A DNA stretch of 64,000 bases from Planctomycetota bacterium (GTDB lineage: Bacteria; Planctomycetota; UBA8108; SXIK01), in contig OZ244999.1 in NCBI GenBank assembly GCA_965223265.1, forward strand, positions 4,064,001 to 4,128,000. Reading direction: 5' to 3'. The position numbers were made by a program, and so were the translations under genes. The stretch's first letter is position 1; each line of letters opens with the position of its first letter. The notes beneath the pieces are model-generated. The model saw nothing but the letters and a program-made list of their open reading frames with translations, was not told the DNA's origin and did not search any database. Of the stretch, positions 49,720 to 59,262 are shown piece after piece.

Positions 49720-51861
49720 ATGATCTATTCCAATCGCACAACGCGAAACACGCACGATCAGGCGCCTCGCACCATCACTTCTCTCTTCACGGTTTTGATC
49801 GCCTCGGCGGTCTGGACATCCATCGTCTGCAGCGCACCGGATGACACCGAGGGGCGGACGCAGCGTCCCCCACTCAGCGCGAATGCTAGCGAGCTCCTCA
49901 CACGCGCCGGCAACTCCGATTCGGACGCCGAACGCCTCGGTCTCCTGCGCAAGCTGTACCGTCTCGACGGGCTCGACCCCGAGTTGCGCATGGAGCTCGA
50001 CGTCTTGCTGCCTGTCGCAGAGAAGTGGGTTGAGTCGCCGTTCCTGCCTTTCTTTTGGCGCGAATTTCGCGACAGCATCGAGTCTGACCTCGGCATCTCC
50101 AGTGCGTCACACCTCTATCCGCTCAGGTGCCTCTACCGCGGCCGCATGCTCGTTTGGAACACGCTCGAGATGGGAAACATCATCCGCAACCCAGCGCTGC
50201 GGCGACAGTTTCTCGACCAGGCCGTCGCTGACTTCAAGGTGGCTCTCGCGGCGTTTCCGAAGAACCGCATTCTGCGCATGTATCTCGGCGAGCCGATCGC
50301 GTGGGAAAAGCCGATCGCGGTGCCGAAAAGGGCGCCGCGCTGGGCCGCCCTGCAGCGGGAGAACTTGGAGAGGCTCAGCGACATCATCGTGTGGTGGATC
50401 GAAAAGCGCATGCAGCCCGACGGCCAGTACGGCGGCGGCTGGGGCGACGACTGCGAAATGTGGCGCTGGTGGGCTCCCGTGCTGCTCGGATTCGATCACC
50501 CGCAGATCTCGTCCGCCCAAGCCCGCTTTTCGGCGGCGCTCATGTCGCAGCCGCACATGGAACGTGGTTACACCACGCGGATGACGGACGTCGAGCACAC
50601 GGCGGAGGATTCTGCCGACGCCATCACGCCGATGATGCACCTTGCACCGGAGCAAACGGAATGGCGCGCGCGCGCACTGCGTCTCGCTACGCTGATGGAA
50701 GAAAGCTGGACAGGCGTCAATCGACGCGGTTTTTTGCAGTTTCGAAGTACATATTTCACTGTCGACAAAGTCGACACCGCCCCCGAGCGTGCCTGCGACA
50801 CTGTCTACCATCCTCGTGCCGTGCAGCCGGCACTCCTCCTCTGGCAGCGAACGGGCGACCCACAGCTCGGCTCTCTCTTTCGCCGTTGGATGGATCTCTG
50901 GGTCGATGCCGCCGCGCGCTCTGAGCGCGGCAAGCCGGCCGGGATCGTCCCGTCCGCGATTCATTGGCCCGACGGCACAGTCGGCGGCCTCGCAGGCAAC
51001 TGGTGGGACCCGAACAACCACGACGAACCGACACTCTATCTGTGGCCCAGCGCGCTCGGCATGCTCAACGACACGCTGCTCTTGACCTATCACATGACAG
51101 GCGACGAAAAGTACCTTGCCCCGCTGCGAAGCATGGCGGCAATTCGCCTGGCGTACTTGAAGAGCGATCCACAGGGCTCTCCCGAACCGGGAAGCGAGCC
51201 ATGGTGTGCCTCGCGATTGCGCGGCCTGGCCGGAACGCTGGCGAAGTATCGCGCACTGACGAAGAACGGCGAGTTCGACGAGCTCCTCGAGCGGGAAGGT
51301 CTCACGCTCACCGCGGGCGAACGTTTCGCCGATCGAGTCCAACTCGAAGAGGAGCTCGTAGCCAGCGCGAAGTCGCTGCGCACGAACTTCGCCGGCTACA
51401 CCAGTGAGGTGCGCTGGACGGACCGCGTGCTGCGGTTTCCGGCGCTCTTCGGCGAGAATATGATGTTCCCAGGGGCACTCCCGGGTTTTCCGACACCAAA
51501 CCCTGGCCTCCTCTACCGGCTGGTGACCGGCGATCCGGGCTCGGCTGGATACTTTCCGCTCAATGCCGTGCGCTGGCGGACGCCACCAAAAGACATCGCG
51601 GTCCTCGTGACGCATTCCGAGACGGATCGATTCGCGGCCGAACTGTTTCATTTCGGCGCCAGCCCGCGGCCGATGGTGGCCGACCTCTACTTGCTCGCCA
51701 GAGGAAGCTACACGCTGACGCTGACTGCCGCGGCTCGAGCGGTGGCTCCGACGGCCGAACTGCTGCGCCGGGACATCGACGTCACTGGGCCCGTGACCCG
51801 CCTCAGCTTCGAGTTGCCACCCCAGCGGCTGGCGCACCTTGTCGTCGAGACCAAGCCCTGA
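49720..51861 (+). CDS. Secreted hypothetical protein (possible alpha/alpha-barrel enzyme)
   Basis: About 710-aa ORF with a signal-like hydrophobic segment. Trp-rich, with GQYGGGWGDDCE and DVEHTAED acidic motifs. Confidence 0.7.
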   Translation: MIYSNRTTRNTHDQAPRTITSLFTVLIASAVWTSIVCSAPDDTEGRTQRPPLSANASELLTRAGNSDSDAERLGLLRKLYRLDGLDPELRMELDVLLPVAEKWVESPFLPFFWREFRDSIESDLGISSASHLYPLRCLYRGRMLVWNTLEMGNIIRNPALRRQFLDQAVADFKVALAAFPKNRILRMYLGEPIAWEKPIAVPKRAPRWAALQRENLERLSDIIVWWIEKRMQPDGQYGGGWGDDCEMWRWWAPVLLGFDHPQISSAQARFSAALMSQPHMERGYTTRMTDVEHTAEDSADAITPMMHLAPEQTEWRARALRLATLMEESWTGVNRRGFLQFRSTYFTVDKVDTAPERACDTVYHPRAVQPALLLWQRTGDPQLGSLFRRWMDLWVDAAARSERGKPAGIVPSAIHWPDGTVGGLAGNWWDPNNHDEPTLYLWPSALGMLNDTLLLTYHMTGDEKYLAPLRSMAAIRLAYLKSDPQGSPEPGSEPWCASRLRGLAGTLAKYRALTKNGEFDELLEREGLTLTAGERFADRVQLEEELVASAKSLRTNFAGYTSEVRWTDRVLRFPALFGENMMFPGALPGFPTPNPGLLYRLVTGDPGSAGYFPLNAVRWRTPPKDIAVLVTHSETDRFAAELFHFGASPRPMVADLYLLARGSYTLTLTAAARAVAPTAELLRRDIDVTGPVTRLSFELPPQRLAHLVVETKP

Positions 51862-51948
51862 GGAATCCACAGCCTCGCGTGACGCGCTCACCTTCCCACG
51901 GCGCCTGAACAGTCCCTAGCATGCCGTGGCTGCGATCACACATCCGTT

Positions 51949-52317
51949 TCAACGCGCCTCTTCCATCAGAGTCAGGACGTTCCCATCCGGGTCTTTGAGA
52001 TGAGCTAGCGTGCCGCCAAAGTCCTGCTTTGCAGGCGGACCAGCGAACTCGACGCCTCGATCGGTCAATAGCTCGTATTGCCGAGCGATGTCCTCGACCA
52101 TAAGAGTGACGCCGACGAAACGGCCGACCAGCTTCCCTCCTTGCGCAACACGATCCGCTTCGCACTTTTCTATCGCCAGGCTCACATCGACTCCGGTTTC
52201 GAACTGCGCCCAGGAGGTCTTGTCGGTGTAGTCGATCTCCATGCCGAGCGTCTGAGTGTAGAAGTCGAGAGATCTCTCAAAATCGGTCACGAACACTCGC
52301 ACAAATCCTACTCTCAT
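51949..52317 (-). CDS. VOC/glyoxalase family protein
   Basis: V.D.ERSLDFY..LG, RGVEF, FGG, KDPDGN. GAGGA upstream of start. Confidence 0.88.
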   Translation of the reverse strand: MRVGFVRVFVTDFERSLDFYTQTLGMEIDYTDKTSWAQFETGVDVSLAIEKCEADRVAQGGKLVGRFVGVTLMVEDIARQYELLTDRGVEFAGPPAKQDFGGTLAHLKDPDGNVLTLMEEAR

Positions 52318-52375
52318 GGGAAGTTCCTCGTTGTGCCAACGCTCGCACCGCTTGTTCCGCCTTGAACGATCCGGT

Positions 52376-53512
52376 TCAAGATTCGACGAAGGCGCGAATC
52401 TCGTCGGCACGCGCTTTCGCGTCTTGCTCGCCGAGCTCGATTAAGCGCGACACGTAGTCGCCCTGAAACATCAGCATACTCAAATAGTCCGAGTTGCGCG
52501 TCTCCTTGGTTCCAAGGCCACGCATCATGAAGCGAAAAAGTCGCGGCAACTGGACTTCGTAGTCACCAGCAAGGCGGCCCAAGTCTTGGGACGGTCGCAC
52601 AACGAGAAGCCGGACGGGGTGAAGCCTGCCGCGAGCTTCCTGGGGACAGCTCTCGAGCAGCCGATTGATCCGCTCAAGGTTTTGAGCGTCATATTCGAGC
52701 ATATCGAGGAAGACGGAGTTCATCAGGACGCCAGCGATGTGGGCCGGAGGTGGATAGCCCTCGAGGGTCGTCATGCTTCCTTCCGCGGTGGTGCGCGGGT
52801 AACGCGTCGAGATGGCGACGATGCGGTCAGCACCCAGGTGGAGCGCCGGGGAAAGCGGCGCGGTCAACCGGATACCACCGTCACCATGCCACTCTTCTCC
52901 GACTTTGATAGCCGGAAAGAAGAGCGGCAGCGCCGATGACGCCATGATGTGATCGACCGTCAGTCGACACTCAACGGCGACGCGGTGGGCACGTTGCCAC
53001 ATCGTGCGGGCGCGTCCTTGAATCCAGGTGTTGGACTGAGCGGTACCATAGTTCGTCGTCGTGATGCCGACAGCGTCCAGCACACCGCTTTCAATGTTTC
53101 GCGTGACGTTAACGAGAACTTCGTCGGTGTGAGGCAAAGCCTTCAGGATGAACGATCGAAGCGGCGCGGTGTCGGCAAGCCCTCTCGCCTTCGGCGCTCT
53201 CAAGTGTCCGCCAGAGAAGAGACGCAGAGCCCACTGCGCCAGTCCTTTCATGACCGGGCGCGAATGGACCTGAAAGACATCCTCGACCTTCAGTCCGCGC
53301 CACAGCTCCGCCAACTGCTCGACCGACTCACCATAACTGCACGTCCGTGAAGCGAGATGTGCCGTATTGATCGCGCCGGCTGAGACGCCAGTGAGAATCG
53401 GTACGCGCAAATCGGGATAGAGTCGCCCGAGAAACCGCAGCACTCCCACCTGATAGGCCGCTCTCGCACCACCGCCGTTGAGAGCAAACCCCAGCTTTCC
53501 TTCGCAGCTCAA
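52376..53512 (-). CDS. Patatin-like phospholipase family protein
   Basis: GGGARAAYQVG, GVSAG (GxSxG), ASSALP, DGG motifs. Confidence 0.9.
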   Translation of the reverse strand: MSCEGKLGFALNGGGARAAYQVGVLRFLGRLYPDLRVPILTGVSAGAINTAHLASRTCSYGESVEQLAELWRGLKVEDVFQVHSRPVMKGLAQWALRLFSGGHLRAPKARGLADTAPLRSFILKALPHTDEVLVNVTRNIESGVLDAVGITTTNYGTAQSNTWIQGRARTMWQRAHRVAVECRLTVDHIMASSALPLFFPAIKVGEEWHGDGGIRLTAPLSPALHLGADRIVAISTRYPRTTAEGSMTTLEGYPPPAHIAGVLMNSVFLDMLEYDAQNLERINRLLESCPQEARGRLHPVRLLVVRPSQDLGRLAGDYEVQLPRLFRFMMRGLGTKETRNSDYLSMLMFQGDYVSRLIELGEQDAKARADEIRAFVES

Positions 53513-53880
53513 TCTTCACCTCGGAATCAGTCGGTCGCGCTCAGAAAAGGACTGTGCACGACGACAGCGGCGGATTTCGATCTCTCTTCGAGGACAAACC
53601 CTCGGGAGGACACAAATCAGTTGGTCGACGCGTGAGCGGCCTTCGGGCCGACCGTGGCATACGTCGCACGTTACTTATACCGATGGCTCTCGAAAATGGC
53701 GCCTCAAGACTTGAGCGCCGGAACGCCACAGGGCCGATAACAGACTGTGGCTGCAGACGCAGTCGCCGCCGGAGCCCGCCCGCGTCAACTTCGGCTGTAG
53801 CTCGACAAAGCCGCGCCGCACGCCCGCCGAGAGCCGCAGAGATTCTCTCTGCCTTCGGCGCCGTCGCCGCTTGAGCCCCC

Positions 53881-53976
53881 GTTTGCGTTTGCGTTTGCGT
53901 TTGCGTTTGCGTTTGCGTTTGCGTTTGCGTTTGCGTTTGCGTTTGCGTGGGCGTGGGAGTGGGCATGGGAGTGGGT
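53881..53976. repeat. Hexamer microsatellite (GTTTGC) x11 followed by degenerate (GTGGG[C/A]) hexamers
   Basis: Eleven perfect units at 53881-53946, read directly. Confidence 0.92.
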
Positions 53977-54277
53977 GAACTCGGTTGCGGGCGTGCGTGT
54001 CGGTGCAAGTCTCGGTCGCGCACCGCGAGGCTGTGAGTCTTTTTGGAACGTGCCGTCGTGCCTCACGGACACCTCCACGCTCGGACCCGGAACGGCACGC
54101 GGGAGCGTGCCTGCTACTTTGAAGATCGAGTTGGCGGTGGTAAGTGTAGAGTCGCAGGCACACGCCGTTTGCCGTGTCGCCGTGTCGCTGTTGCCGTGTG
54201 CCGTGTGCCGTGCCGGACGTGAACTAACCGTGACCGTGACCGTGAGTTGCGACGGCACTCCGCGTTCGAATCTGTCT

Positions 54278-55759
54278 CTATGGCCCCGGGACGGGATCGT
54301 CGGGCCCGATCGGCTCTCCCTGCCAGTAAGGCACACCGTCCCTGATCTCGAGCAATCGAACGCGCGATCCCTTCATGGGCGGCACGTTGACGCTTGGTAA
54401 AAAGCTCGCGAGTCGTTTCTTCGTTGCCGCGACGCTTTCGAGAGAGGCGATGTTCCTCCACTCCTCGGGATCCGTGCGCAGGTCGTAGAGCTCTTCGGAG
54501 CCGTCGGCGTAGCGGATGTAGCGAAAACGCTCGTCGCGTACGCCATGATTGTTCGGTCCGTGGGTTGTGATCGCCGGCCACTCGCGCGGCGCGCGGGCGT
54601 CCTTAAGCTGCGGCACCAGGCTGTGACCCTCGACACCGCTCGGAGCGGGCAGTTCGCAAAGCGCGGCGAGCGTCGGATAGACGTCCAACAGCTCGGCCGG
54701 TTTCGTACATCTCCCGCCGGCAGACACGCCCGGCCCGGCGAAGATCAAAGGCACACGCGTCGATGGCTCCCACAGTGTGTTCTTGCCAGTGATCAACTTG
54801 GAACCGAGGTGGTAGCCGTGGTCGGAAAAGAGCACCACGATCGTGTTGCGCGCCAGGCCTGTCTCCTCGAGGGTGTCGAGCACGCGCCCCACCATGGCGT
54901 CGACAAAACTGACACTTGCCAAGTAGGCACGCACTTTGTTTCGCCATTGACCATTCTGCCGCACCCACTCAAGTCTCGGTTCCGGTAGTTTCCAGTGGAG
55001 GTACCATGAGAACCTTGGCGTGTCTTCCCGGTCGTCTTCGCGCATCGAAGGCATTTGGAGTTCTTCCTCGGGGTAGAGGTCGAACCACTTCTGCGTCGCG
55101 AACAGAGGCACGTGTGGGTGATAGAACCCAACGCTCAAGAAGAATGGCTGCGGAGGTGGGCTACGAAGTGTCTTGATTGCCCAGTCGGCAACTTTCCAGT
55201 CAGACTGCTCCTCATCACGCTCGGGGTAGACGCCCCAGTCAACCAGCGCGTGGCTCAGGCCGGGGACGATGCGTTTCTTGGGACGCGGCGCAAAGCCGCC
55301 GTGAAATCCCCAGACGTCGACCTCAGACCCTGTCGTCCGGAGCTCTTTCGGCGGGTAGGCACCATGAAAAACCTTGCCCGTTGTCAACGTTCGATAACCG
55401 CCTGCGGTGAAGTGCTGCCACAACGTCCGATGCGATCGCCACTTTGGGTCGGTACGAAACCATGGATAGAGGGCGTAAACTCCGGACGTCGACGGACGGA
55501 GTCCCGTCATGAAGCTCGTGCGCGACGAATTACAAAGTGGCGCCTGGCAATGCGCATTTAGGAAGACGGCACCGCGACTGGCGAGGCGGTCGATGTGAGG
55601 GGTTTTCGCCTGTGGGTGCCCACCCAAACACCCAAGCCAATCGTTCAAATCATCGATGGCGATCAGAAGAACGTTCGGTCGCTCCGCGCCCCGCAGCGCA
55701 GCAGGGGACGACATCGACAACACAGCGCTAGCCAGCACGAACAAAGCGTGGAATCTCAT
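54278..55759 (-). CDS. Secreted formylglycine-dependent sulfatase (iduronate/choline-sulfatase-like)
   Basis: RPNVLLIAIDDL, KTPHIDRLA, CNSSR..FMTG, GKVFH, PH, FSDHG, KNTLWE, ELYDL..DP.E..N. Confidence 0.92.
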   Translation of the reverse strand: MRFHALFVLASAVLSMSSPAALRGAERPNVLLIAIDDLNDWLGCLGGHPQAKTPHIDRLASRGAVFLNAHCQAPLCNSSRTSFMTGLRPSTSGVYALYPWFRTDPKWRSHRTLWQHFTAGGYRTLTTGKVFHGAYPPKELRTTGSEVDVWGFHGGFAPRPKKRIVPGLSHALVDWGVYPERDEEQSDWKVADWAIKTLRSPPPQPFFLSVGFYHPHVPLFATQKWFDLYPEEELQMPSMREDDREDTPRFSWYLHWKLPEPRLEWVRQNGQWRNKVRAYLASVSFVDAMVGRVLDTLEETGLARNTIVVLFSDHGYHLGSKLITGKNTLWEPSTRVPLIFAGPGVSAGGRCTKPAELLDVYPTLAALCELPAPSGVEGHSLVPQLKDARAPREWPAITTHGPNNHGVRDERFRYIRYADGSEELYDLRTDPEEWRNIASLESVAATKKRLASFLPSVNVPPMKGSRVRLLEIRDGVPYWQGEPIGPDDPVPGP

Positions 55760-55963
55760 GCCTGCACGACACCTCCGTCCCCAACGAAACACTCGGCGGC
55801 AAGTGGTCCGCATGCGCATGCGCACTCGACCTCGCGCACTGACACTCACCGCCACGGCGATGGCAACAGGGTATCACAGTCAGAGGCAATCTTGACTAAC
55901 TTCGCGCTACTGAACTGCCCACACGGTGCCCCAGAGGCCTGCGATGCGAAGCAGACACCAGGG

Positions 55964-57082
55964 TCAGCCCGTACACGCCGCGTGCAGCTCGTCGCAACTC
56001 GTGACGCTACGATCGATCGATCCGTCGTCGTCGACGTCGATGTCAACGCGCAGATCGGAGTTGTAAGTCACACGTGCAGTCTCACCGGTGTTCACGATGG
56101 TCACGATGAGCTCGCCACCGATCGGACAGTCGGTGCCATCCGGGATTTCGAGCGGTGTGACCGTTGTGAAACTGACGGCACCCAGGCAGCCCATCGACGC
56201 TTCGCCGCTGATGCTGACGAACGTCGAGCCAGTGCCCTGCTGTACCGTGACGACGAAGTTGTTGTAGGACTGCCTCGTGCGCTCACCGGTGCTGCGGTCG
56301 TTGACGTCGAGCACGCCGTCGACCGAGATCGTCGTGTCGCAGGAGCTGGGAAGATTCGCGACGACGATGGATAGATTCTCTGCCGTGATTGACGCGTCGA
56401 CATCATCGTCTACGGAAATGAAATCCATAGTGAAGGTGCCGGAGAGGCTGCCGCCGGTCGTGCACCCGGGTTCTAGACTGCCGCTGGCGGACATGGTGCC
56501 GTTGACGAAAACGCGCGCAACCTGGACGGAACTGACGCGAGACGTGATTGTGAAGTTGTTGAAAGTCGCCGTAAAATCAGTGCCATCGACGAGACCCGCG
56601 TCGCATACGAGAGGGTCATCGACAATCACTTGGTAGCTGCCGGTCACTGTGACTTCGGTGCCGCTGTCGTCTTCGACGCAATTGAGGGCAGCAACGTTTA
56701 GGATGCTCTGGTCGCCGATGACATCACATGACACCTGCAGGCTGCCGCTGGTCCCGCAGTCGATCGTCGCGACCGCCTTCTCGGCGCCGCCGACGGTGAG
56801 TCGTTCATTCACTAGGTTGCCAGCGCCCAAGCGCGAGAGAAGCCGCGACTTCAACCACTCTGATCCGTCGGTCGCAGTCCCAACGTCCGTGTCGAAGCCG
56901 ACAATCCCTTCTAGCCCAGCGACCGAGAGCTGGCCCATCGCCGCCGACGTTTCAGCGGCGTCGGCGCCTTCCGGGGGCGGAGCGCTGCTGCCTCCCCCAC
57001 TGCTGCAACCGGAGGCGACGATCACACCGATGCCCAGGATCGAGAGTGCGACGAGTCTCGCAAAACACGATGCTCTGTTCAT
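55964..57082 (-). CDS. Hypothetical lipoprotein, beta-rich with paired Cys
   Basis: Lipobox ASGC then a Ser/Gly/Pro linker. AAGGAG RBS. T/V/S/D-rich beta composition. Confidence 0.78.
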   Translation of the reverse strand: MNRASCFARLVALSILGIGVIVASGCSSGGGSSAPPPEGADAAETSAAMGQLSVAGLEGIVGFDTDVGTATDGSEWLKSRLLSRLGAGNLVNERLTVGGAEKAVATIDCGTSGSLQVSCDVIGDQSILNVAALNCVEDDSGTEVTVTGSYQVIVDDPLVCDAGLVDGTDFTATFNNFTITSRVSSVQVARVFVNGTMSASGSLEPGCTTGGSLSGTFTMDFISVDDDVDASITAENLSIVVANLPSSCDTTISVDGVLDVNDRSTGERTRQSYNNFVVTVQQGTGSTFVSISGEASMGCLGAVSFTTVTPLEIPDGTDCPIGGELIVTIVNTGETARVTYNSDLRVDIDVDDDGSIDRSVTSCDELHAACTG

Positions 57083-57283
57083 GACTATCTCCTTACGCCG
57101 ATAGCGGGCGTGATCTGAGGAGATCTTCCGCGCCCGCCGGTGAGTACATCAAGACTCAATGAACGTTTTGTCGGCGCTCATCGTAAGGATCGATTAGCTA
57201 GAGAGAGCGAAGGGGAACGTGGCAAGATTTATGGCAACCCACGCCCACGATACCGGTCGTTCCCGGGGGTGAAGTCACCAGCG

Positions 57284-58654
57284 TCAGAATCGAGCTTTGC
57301 TCGCCCGAGGCAGGGGCCAATCGTCTGGCAGGCCAATCTTGGTGTCGACAAGAATCGCGAGCACGGCCTCGCGCTCCGCAGGCGGGATCGACGCCGAGAC
57401 GCCTCGAGCATTTGTTTCGCCGGTCAGCACTTTCAGCAGCTCGGTGTAGATCCAATCGAGAAGCGGCGTCGGCAACGCGTCAAAGGCATCCGAATAGATC
57501 AGATAGCTGCAAGGATACTTGAACAGCCTGGTCGTTAGATCGAGTTGACGCAGCGACCGACCCAGGCGGTCCTTGGTGCCCCGCGCGACGAATTCGTCGG
57601 CAAATCCTGTGCTGCCGCGCATCGGGACGGGCAGGGGGGCTTGCTCGAGGAGCAGCAACTCGCGCAGCAAGCGACCTCCGGCTTGAGCGATACGGCGCCT
57701 CGCGGAGGAACCGAGATATTCGCTGTCGCGGCCGTCGAGTCGGTTCAACGTCTCTTGTTGGTAGAGGGCAAGACGCACCTGATACGAGGCGGCAGCGATG
57801 GCATTGTGGAGACTCGTTTGATGGTCGTGGACCAGGAGCGCGACAAGGTCGCTGTGCGATGTGACGTAGGGCGTCGTATCAAACAGAGTCGCAAGGTCGA
57901 CATCATTTTTGTGCTGCGCCGCAAGGATCGACTCCGGCGTTGATGCGTCGCGAAGAACCCGATTGCCCATGTGTCGAGGCGGCACGTTCTTCCCCGTAAC
58001 GTACCATCCCCCCCATCGCTCTTCGATCGGTGTTGCGTATGTGACGTCGATCGTACCGGCACGAAACAGCGGCAGCCCGCTCGCCAGCGGATACACCGAT
58101 CGCACCAAGTGTCCAGGAACTCCGCGTGTGCGCCGCGAGTGGTGGCACTGAAGGCAAGAACCTCGATCGCGCTCGAAGCGCGGCGCCGTGACCGGCGACT
58201 GTACGAGGGTGTAGAAGACCGCGCCGCGTTCTGGGTCCACGGCTGAGATCTCTAAACGGTCGCCGCCTTGGACCCAGCCAACGTAGACATCTTCAGAGTA
58301 GTAGAGCGCCCTAGGTCTTCGCGGCGAGATGTGAGCCTGTTGCAGACTCGTCTTGGAAAACACGAGAAGCTGCGACGACGATGAAACGTCCAAGACCTCG
58401 AGTAGAGAATCGAGATAACCCCGCGTGCCGTGGTACTCGAGCTCAGCGTCGCCACGGTCGAGACGTCGCTGCAGCTCAGCAATCGGATCGCGCGTCGGAC
58501 CGACGTGATAGTTAAACGGCGGCGCGTCGACCTCGAACTCGACGGCGGGGACCGACTCACGCAGGAGTCCGAGCAGAACAAAAATCGTGGACAGCCCCGT
58601 GCCAAGGCGTCGCCAATGGCGCGCCCTTCGGGGCCTCTCGTGTGGAGGCATCAT
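57284..58654 (-). CDS. Secreted hypothetical protein with single CxxCH heme-c motif
   Basis: Signal-like segment, VFSKTSLQ, PRALYY, CLQCH, RWGGWYVTG, SYLIYS. Start uncertain. Confidence 0.72.
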   Translation of the reverse strand: MMPPHERPRRARHWRRLGTGLSTIFVLLGLLRESVPAVEFEVDAPPFNYHVGPTRDPIAELQRRLDRGDAELEYHGTRGYLDSLLEVLDVSSSSQLLVFSKTSLQQAHISPRRPRALYYSEDVYVGWVQGGDRLEISAVDPERGAVFYTLVQSPVTAPRFERDRGSCLQCHHSRRTRGVPGHLVRSVYPLASGLPLFRAGTIDVTYATPIEERWGGWYVTGKNVPPRHMGNRVLRDASTPESILAAQHKNDVDLATLFDTTPYVTSHSDLVALLVHDHQTSLHNAIAAASYQVRLALYQQETLNRLDGRDSEYLGSSARRRIAQAGGRLLRELLLLEQAPLPVPMRGSTGFADEFVARGTKDRLGRSLRQLDLTTRLFKYPCSYLIYSDAFDALPTPLLDWIYTELLKVLTGETNARGVSASIPPAEREAVLAILVDTKIGLPDDWPLPRASKARF

Positions 58655-58852
58655 CGTTTGAGGGCTCGAGTGTAACCCAAAGCGAGCAGGCATTTGAGCG
58701 CCCGGCGACACCCCGCGTCCCATTTGCCCAACAAATCGGCCGATAACTCTTGCGTAAGGCAAACGTTCCGCTAACATGATGGAATCGCCTCCAATCCAGT
58801 CGCGCAGCATGGCAGGAGTGTCCATATCCCACGAGACAGAGGAGTTCTCGAT

Positions 58853-59119
58853 ATGGCCGTTGAATCCGCTCAGGACCTGCATCGCAACGATACTTGGTTG
58901 TCCCAGTACCGCTGGCTTCTCCACGTCCCCGATCTCGACGGGGACCTTCGCCGACTACAACGCCTTGTGGCGTTGGCTCTAGAGTACAGCGCCGAGGGTG
59001 ATGACGTGGTCGAGGAGTTGACCGCGGCTATCCGACGCGTCGCCGGCCGCCATGCGTCGGTTCTCGAGTCGCTGAGGCCAGAGCAGCGGGCAACTCAGAG
59101 CGACATCTTTCTCGGCTAG
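58853..59119 (+). CDS. Small hypothetical helical protein (88 aa)
   Basis: GAGGAG 8 nt upstream of ATG. Protein-like amphipathic composition. Confidence 0.5.
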   Translation: MAVESAQDLHRNDTWLSQYRWLLHVPDLDGDLRRLQRLVALALEYSAEGDDVVEELTAAIRRVAGRHASVLESLRPEQRATQSDIFLG

Positions 59120-59262
59120 TCGCCCAGGTCGCTCGTTGCCACTGAGCTCGCCAGCCGAGGATCAAGCCGCCGCGACGAGGTCAAAATCGGCGAGACGCGC
59201 CCGACCCCTTGACAACGGCGCACTGTGGTCCAACCATGGTCGCTCACCCGAGAAGCGAACTC

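Noticed and set aside
50107-51891. 594-aa minus-strand ORF
   Set aside because: Antisense to a more protein-like plus-strand gene. No recognisable motifs.
53541-54336. ORFs with poly-TQ, poly-KR or poly-AN tracts
   Set aside because: All three frames are open only because of the stop-free hexamer repeat. There is no RBS or family support.
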